DNA of 39,313 nucleotides from Phoronis australis (taxonomy: Eukaryota; Animalia; Phoronida). The position numbers and the translations under genes are program-made. Every line of letters begins with the position of its first letter. Positions within the stretch are counted from its first letter, which is position 1. The stretch spans positions 70,981 to 110,293 of the forward strand of contig NMRA01000572.1 of the NCBI GenBank assembly GCA_002633005.1, given 5' to 3'. The notes below the pieces were generated by a model. That model saw nothing but the letters and a program-made list of their open reading frames with translations. It was not told the DNA's origin and ran no database searches. Below, piece after piece: positions 34,216 to 39,313 of the stretch.

Positions 34216-35020
34216 GAGCTACATCACTTGATTAGAAAAGCTGTTATATAATGCTTCTGCTATTAGAGTTTTGATATTGTCAAATAACTTGTTAACTGTA
34301 ATTTCCATTATATACCAGTCTGCTTGACAGGTCAAACTGGAACTATTTAGAGTTTCTCATTGTACATGCTGAGTTGTTGGGCAGAATTCTTAGAGTCAAT
34401 GCCATAGCTTGAGCTGAAACGGGAAATATAAGTGAAGTGAAGAGAATGAGTAAAGCAAATAGATGCTGGAATGTGGTGCAGTTACCGACGGATAAGAATA
34501 TAAATTAGTAAAAACAGTGAAAATAAAATGATGAGCGCAGGTACTAAAATATATTAAAATATTCCCCTTGCTCGAAAAGCAGAGAGAATGATAAAGAGAT
34601 AAGTTTTTCTGTGTAAGTAGGCCATGAAATGAGATAACTCTCTGAACAAATATTCCGACTGATTAAATAAGAAGCCACCAAAAACATATATCAAACAAAA
34701 CTATAATGGTGAAAATTCTCCAGTTTGGATTAGTGAAAAACTTTATTATTTTGCACAAGATCAGAATTTGTATTTGTATTTGCTATTCCATATTGAGTAA
34801 TTATGGTAAACAGCAAACAATTATATATTATGGGGCGCATGAACACAAAGCGTCAGTCGTGATTTTTGAAGATTTTATGAGGTGCCAAGTACAAACATTT
34901 TCAAAAGTTGGGTGAGTGCCAAAATTCCCATGTCTATAGAATTAAGAAAATTGAATTTCGGTGTCTCAAATTTTAGAGGCTTCCCAGTGTTCTCCGCAAT
35001 AGAAATGCAAGTGTTCAAAA

Positions 35021-35160
35021 GTTCATGTCCATACTGTGCGGGTTTGTGTGTTAAATTTTGGAATAAATGTATTAGCTGTTAACAAAATTCCATGTCCATA
35101 CTGTGTGAATTTTGTGTGTTTAATTTTGGAATAACTGTATTAAGTGGTAGCAAAAGTCCA
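35021..35160. repeat. Diverged ~66-bp tandem duplication
   Basis: CATGTCCATACTGTG...TTTGTGTGTT.AATTTTGGAATAA.TGTATTA occurs twice. Confidence 0.8.
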
Positions 35161-35345
35161 AACTGTCCTTGAAGGAGAATGCCACCCGATTTATTTAGTC
35201 CTTTTTGCCGTCTTAATCGGTCTATATCCACATCGCCTCGCACACGGTCGATCTTACCTTGCCAAGAGGTGTCGCGTTAACCTGTGAGGAAGGTGAGAAA
35301 CAACGCTAGCGACGTCAGTGGTTCATATGCAGAGTGAATGCCGCT

Positions 35346-35530
35346 ATGTTGCGGTGCATCGTTCCGGCTTGTCCTAACTAAGCAGCTGCGAGGAAAGCGG
35401 GTAAATCGTTTTTTTTACTTCCTCGAGAGTCCAAAATGCTTAGGAAGTGGCTCGTGGTAGTGAAGAATGAAATGTACGCTGCAAATAGCAAATATAAGGC
35501 CGTGAAATTTCTCCGTGTCTGTGGCCTGCA
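35346..35530 (+). pseudogene. Truncated THAP domain (copy C)
   Basis: MLRCIVPACPN*AAARKAGKSFFLLPRESKMLRKWLVVVKNEMYAANSKYKAVKFLRVCGL; cut just before the expected HF; YKAV..R.CG is shared with copy B. Confidence 0.8.
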
Positions 35531-35733
35531 GACGTCAACAGTGCCTGACGAATGCCGGCTTCCAAATAACTCCATACGTTCGGTTGTCTGAGCTTGTTCA
35601 CGGTGCCTCTCTAGTATTTCGTCATCACTGTATTCCTGTTCGAATTGATAGCCTGTAAAACTTAACGATCCACCTGCAAAGTCGGGACTGATGAGCTCTA
35701 GCTCATCCTAAGTCGGAGATTGTGAGTTGCTAT
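35531..35733 (-). pseudogene. KolX N-terminal remnant (copy C)
   Basis: GYQFEQEYSDDE at 35653-35618 matches GYMFEPEYNEAE of copy B; cut before the Cys cluster; start codon decayed. Confidence 0.65.
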
Positions 35734-36554
35734 GTTGGCGTTTAACTGAGTGTTCTGTTTCAAAATGAATTATTCTCACCCTAACCAATACTTGTATAAA
35801 ACTGAAACAAAGTCTGTCTCATTAGATGCAGTTTGTAATGCCTTTGGAGTGTTCGTGAGTGCGAATGATTTGAGAAGCCAGCTATGAATAAATCACTGCG
35901 TTACCGGCTTTAGGTGCAATGAAACTATAATTGACGGGACACGGAGGCCGTGTGAGCTCATGCTAATTTAGTGTTTGCTGGTAGAAACTGTTGTGAAACA
36001 ACTTGATTTCCATCCCACGGCCAGGTGTTATGGGAATCTTTATTTACAATTACATTTACATAACTCAAATAATGACTGTCAATGTACAACTTCTGCCCTG
36101 ACGGTGCTGTGGCCAAAGCGGAACTCGAATTCGCAGCCCGCTACGAGTAAGTAGATTTACAGTTTCGTGGCTAATTCGCCAACATAATCGCGTGCACATT
36201 ACTTTGGCTCACTATAGTATAGTATTTTCTTGACTGGAAGTTTAGTTTCCACTGAACTTTGGCTGGTTTATGTTCGTGATGTCTGATCAGTTTCTGAGCT
36301 TTGGCCGGGATAATTACGAGTCAATTCGGCCGGACGCGACGGGCCTGATCGGGCGCCGAGCCACTGGCCAGGATAAGAAGCGTTTTGTGTTTAGAACTCA
36401 AATAATCTCAAGTCTAAACAACACAGATCTAGGTTCTCCTGTCTGTATCTCACGGAAAATACTTTGAAATTATTTCCCGTACAGACCCCAAACTCCTGCT
36501 ACGGCCCTTATTGGCCTACCGAACTTTGTAGGCTACAATGTGTCCAAATACCAA

Positions 36555-37290
36555 TGTCAGAATATAGTCTGACAGTATTTTTAGTTGCATCGTTTTGTTT
36601 TTTTGTTTGATTGGCATGACCCCTGAGTTAAGTACAGTGATGATGTAATTTGTTTACTACAAAATAGTATGGAAATTTCTAGAAGACTGAGGTCAGAACA
36701 GTAATGATGTAATTTGTTTACTGCAGTATAGTGTGGAACTTTCCAGAAGACTCTAGCATGACAGTGATTAATGCAGTCTGGAATATTCTAGAGACTAGTA
36801 CATGTTTGTAGAATGATTGGGTAGGTTCCAGAAATTTCTGGTATGTGCTGGAATTGATGAAAAGTTTTAGAACAATGCATTAGGTTGTAAATACATAAGC
36901 ACAGGTTTGTGTTAGTCAGTTGAGTCCAAGAAGATCAAGTCAGTTCAAGAAAGTTAATCAGGAGAACTACAGTTGAGTTGCAGTGAAGAGAGTCAGCAGT
37001 TACAGCGATAGTCAATAGAGAGCCAGCTATAGAGACAGCAGGTTATTGAATCGAGTGTAACAGTTGCTGGAACTATCTCAGAAGTTCAATACAAGTCAAG
37101 GCTTCGCAGCACTGGCTGGAGCATAAACAGACATTACGTCGAACGTTTTGTTTGAGTAGGCTTGTGAACGTACGGTCGGGATTAATAAAGGATTAACTCG
37201 AACCAGTCTTCAGTCAATCTTCACACCGAAAGCTATTAGCACCGGTCTGTAACAACCTGCGCCCACCCACACACGGGGAAAAACGTGACA
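36555..37290 (+). mobile_element. Solo LTR (736 bp) nested in Kolobok C
   Basis: TGTCA...TGACA termini; exact 5-bp TSD ACCAA (36550-36554, 37291-37295); internal U3-like direct repeat, TATA-like TACATAA at ~36892 and AATAAA at ~37184. Confidence 0.88.
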
Positions 37291-38625
37291 ACCAATAAAT
37301 CCGTAAGAACGAGATAAAACAACACGTTTTTTTAAGAACTCGGTGTATTTTTAAGGGTTTTACATCGAAGTGTTAAACGATGACTTCAAACGATAAGTTA
37401 ACACCAGTAACCCGTGTTGTGAACTGCTGGACAGACTGCGTGTGAAGCCGATGACGTCATTGGATAATTTCAACACCTCCGTTTGCTGTCAGGTGTCAGG
37501 TAACGCAACCGTACGTGTCGCTATGGAGTAGAAATACTCAATCTAAAATGATACAAATTAGGTTGTTTTTTTGGGTGGCATGCTCCTTTAACTGTTAAAG
37601 AAATTACTAATCTCTAAACACTTCAACCTTGTTGCATAGGTTTTCAAACTCTACACAAGTACACCAAACTTGATACAATAACATTCAAACTGGACATAAG
37701 GAGGAGTTAAAACAGGTTGTGGAAGACAGTAGAGAATATTTACAGTAATTTTCTGACGTTCCATCATCAAATACCATCTTTGTTTGAAATATTTTAAAAA
37801 CTTCTTTTTGGTTATTGTCAAATTTCGCATGTGTTTTACGAAAATGCAATACTCGTATGTTGTTTAAAATGTATCTTTGTATTTCATGGTAATTCTTTGA
37901 ATTGGCTATTTTATTCACTTACATTCAAGTTGTTGGAGGCAAGTCAAATTAAGCTTATGAAAGTTGGCATTTTTGTCACTTCAGGAAAGGCATTTTCAGC
38001 TGTTGCCATCCAGTGAGGTTTGGCGACCACAGCTGCTGTTTGGTGACCTAGGAATTTTGCTATATTTTCAGTATAGCATGAGTTCAGATTTTGGTTAAAA
38101 AACTATTGCCACCTTGTGTTTGAGTTTCTGATTACACTGATCCTGCAGGTTTCTGCACACGCTATTTGTTGTCCACAAAAAAACAAGATGGGGAGCCAAG
38201 TTGTGAGAGTCCAGTTACAAACTTGATTAAATTGCCAGTTCCCAAGCTGCCGAAGGCATGCGGAATTGTTTTGCTAAAACTGTTCATTGAAATAGAATTC
38301 CTTGACTGCATGAAGTCAGTGTCTAGGTTTTTAACCGTACTAAATTTTCCATAGTATATAATATACCTTAATGTGCGATTTATAGTTGTTTGCCGTTCTA
38401 TGGCCCGAATTAGTTAGTTTTATCATACTTACAATAGGTTTTGGTTAGCATACCATAGTAAAATGGGACAGCAGCTATATATAGAGGAATGGCTACCAAA
38501 TTGTGAGTGTATGATTGATTTAAAAATTCTGTCTTCCAGGGATATTGTTTGCTTTAACAAAATTTTCAGCTCAGCTACATTTCTTTTCTATAGTGCTATT
38601 TACACTATAGCGGATTTTACACTAT

Positions 38626-39042
38626 AGTGCTGTTTACACTACAAAAGTTGACACGGATCAGCTGACACGGAACGAGTTGTTCCAGTCTGTAAACGGCACT
38701 AACACGAAACAAATTGACACCGCCGTGACAACTTTTGCCACCCGTTTAGTAGGTTGAGCAATTTGCGCTCGAACATCTTGCTACGTGTCAATTATATGTC
38801 TAAACGCGTAACCGGGGCAAGGCGGAAAGGATCATCTCTACTGCGCTTGCCTAATGACCTACATACGGGTTCTTTGTCTCTGCAACTCTTGTCATTTGTA
38901 AACCTGCGCATGTGCGATCCAGTCTCTCTTGCCTGAAATTTCCATCTTGCCACAGAGTTGTGTGTGTAAACAGGTGCTTGACACTGATCAATTTGCTCGG
39001 TGTCAGTTGCGCCGGGTCAAAAGTTGATGTCTAAACGGGACT
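38626..39042. mobile_element. PIF/Harbinger-like MITE
   Basis: AGTGCTGTTTACAC.. versus ..GTCTAAACGGGACT imperfect TIRs; internal G(T/C)TAAAC-type and TTGACAC motifs; A/T-rich 3-bp flanks. Confidence 0.55.
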
Positions 39043-39044
39043 TA

Positions 39045-39313
39045 CCGTAAACGTTCGGGTTAACGCCCTGGGCGGTTAAATTGGCAAACCCAAAAAATCG
39101 GGGGGTGGGTGGTTAACCAGACATGGGCGCTTAAACGTGAAACTTCTAAAAATCCAGGGTGGGCGGTTAACCGAACATGGGCGCTTATTACGACAGGCAA
39201 GCGCCCTGGGCGGTTAATCTTACCTCGTGATCTAAGTACCCACACCACACACGTAGTCGTAGGCCTACTCAGAACGCGTAGCTCTTTTCAAAGAGCGTTA
39301 TCGTCACGTCGCC
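39045..39313. mobile_element. Left end of a TA|CCGTA-type TIR element running off the window
   Basis: TA|CCGTAAACGTTCGGGTTAACGCCC followed by repeated GGGCGGTTAA / GGGCGCTTA subterminal motifs. Confidence 0.55.

Larger units (their letters stand above)
35173..37587 (+). mobile_element. Kolobok DNA transposon of a second family, internally deleted (copy C)
   Basis: TTGA|AGGAGAATGCCACCC ... GGGTGGCATGCTCCT|TTAA (15-bp TIR with one mismatch; TSD with one mismatch); THAP remnant on + abutting a KolX remnant on -. Confidence 0.82.

Noticed and set aside
33993-34235. Cys/Leu-rich ORFs in three frames (similarly 23311-23514 and 6120-6324)
   Set aside because: Translation artefacts of stop-free tandem repeats.
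18737-37587. KolobokP-type long terminal direct repeats
   Set aside because: No several-hundred-bp direct repeat was found at the ends of any copy; A and B are inverted and diverged.

Overview
AT-rich eukaryotic, probably invertebrate metazoan, DNA dominated by transposon remnants; no prokaryotic operon, rRNA, tRNA or CRISPR array is supported. The left third holds the 5' end of a minus-strand host gene for a type II membrane protein: a symmetric phase-1 transmembrane exon (940-1080) and two candidate alternative ATG-bearing first exons (7836-7920, 12905-12947), reminiscent of the ASPH/junctin/junctate locus. The most striking structure is a cluster of three Kolobok-type DNA transposons (AGG...CCT ends in TTAA-type sites: 18737-20248, 26908-28610, 35173-37587). 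Each is collapsed by internal deletion to the same layout: the 5' THAP part of the transposase facing the 5' part of the accessory KolX gene, with promoter-like motifs in both TIRs. Also present are a decayed CR1/L2-group LINE and LINE tails, Helentron-associated (HINE/DINE-1-like) elements with internal arrays, a solo LTR, hAT-, Harbinger- and TA-TSD-type MITEs, a 316-bp palindrome centred on a CRE, minisatellites and an unidentified decayed spliced gene. Family names come from motif recognition by eye, not database searches.
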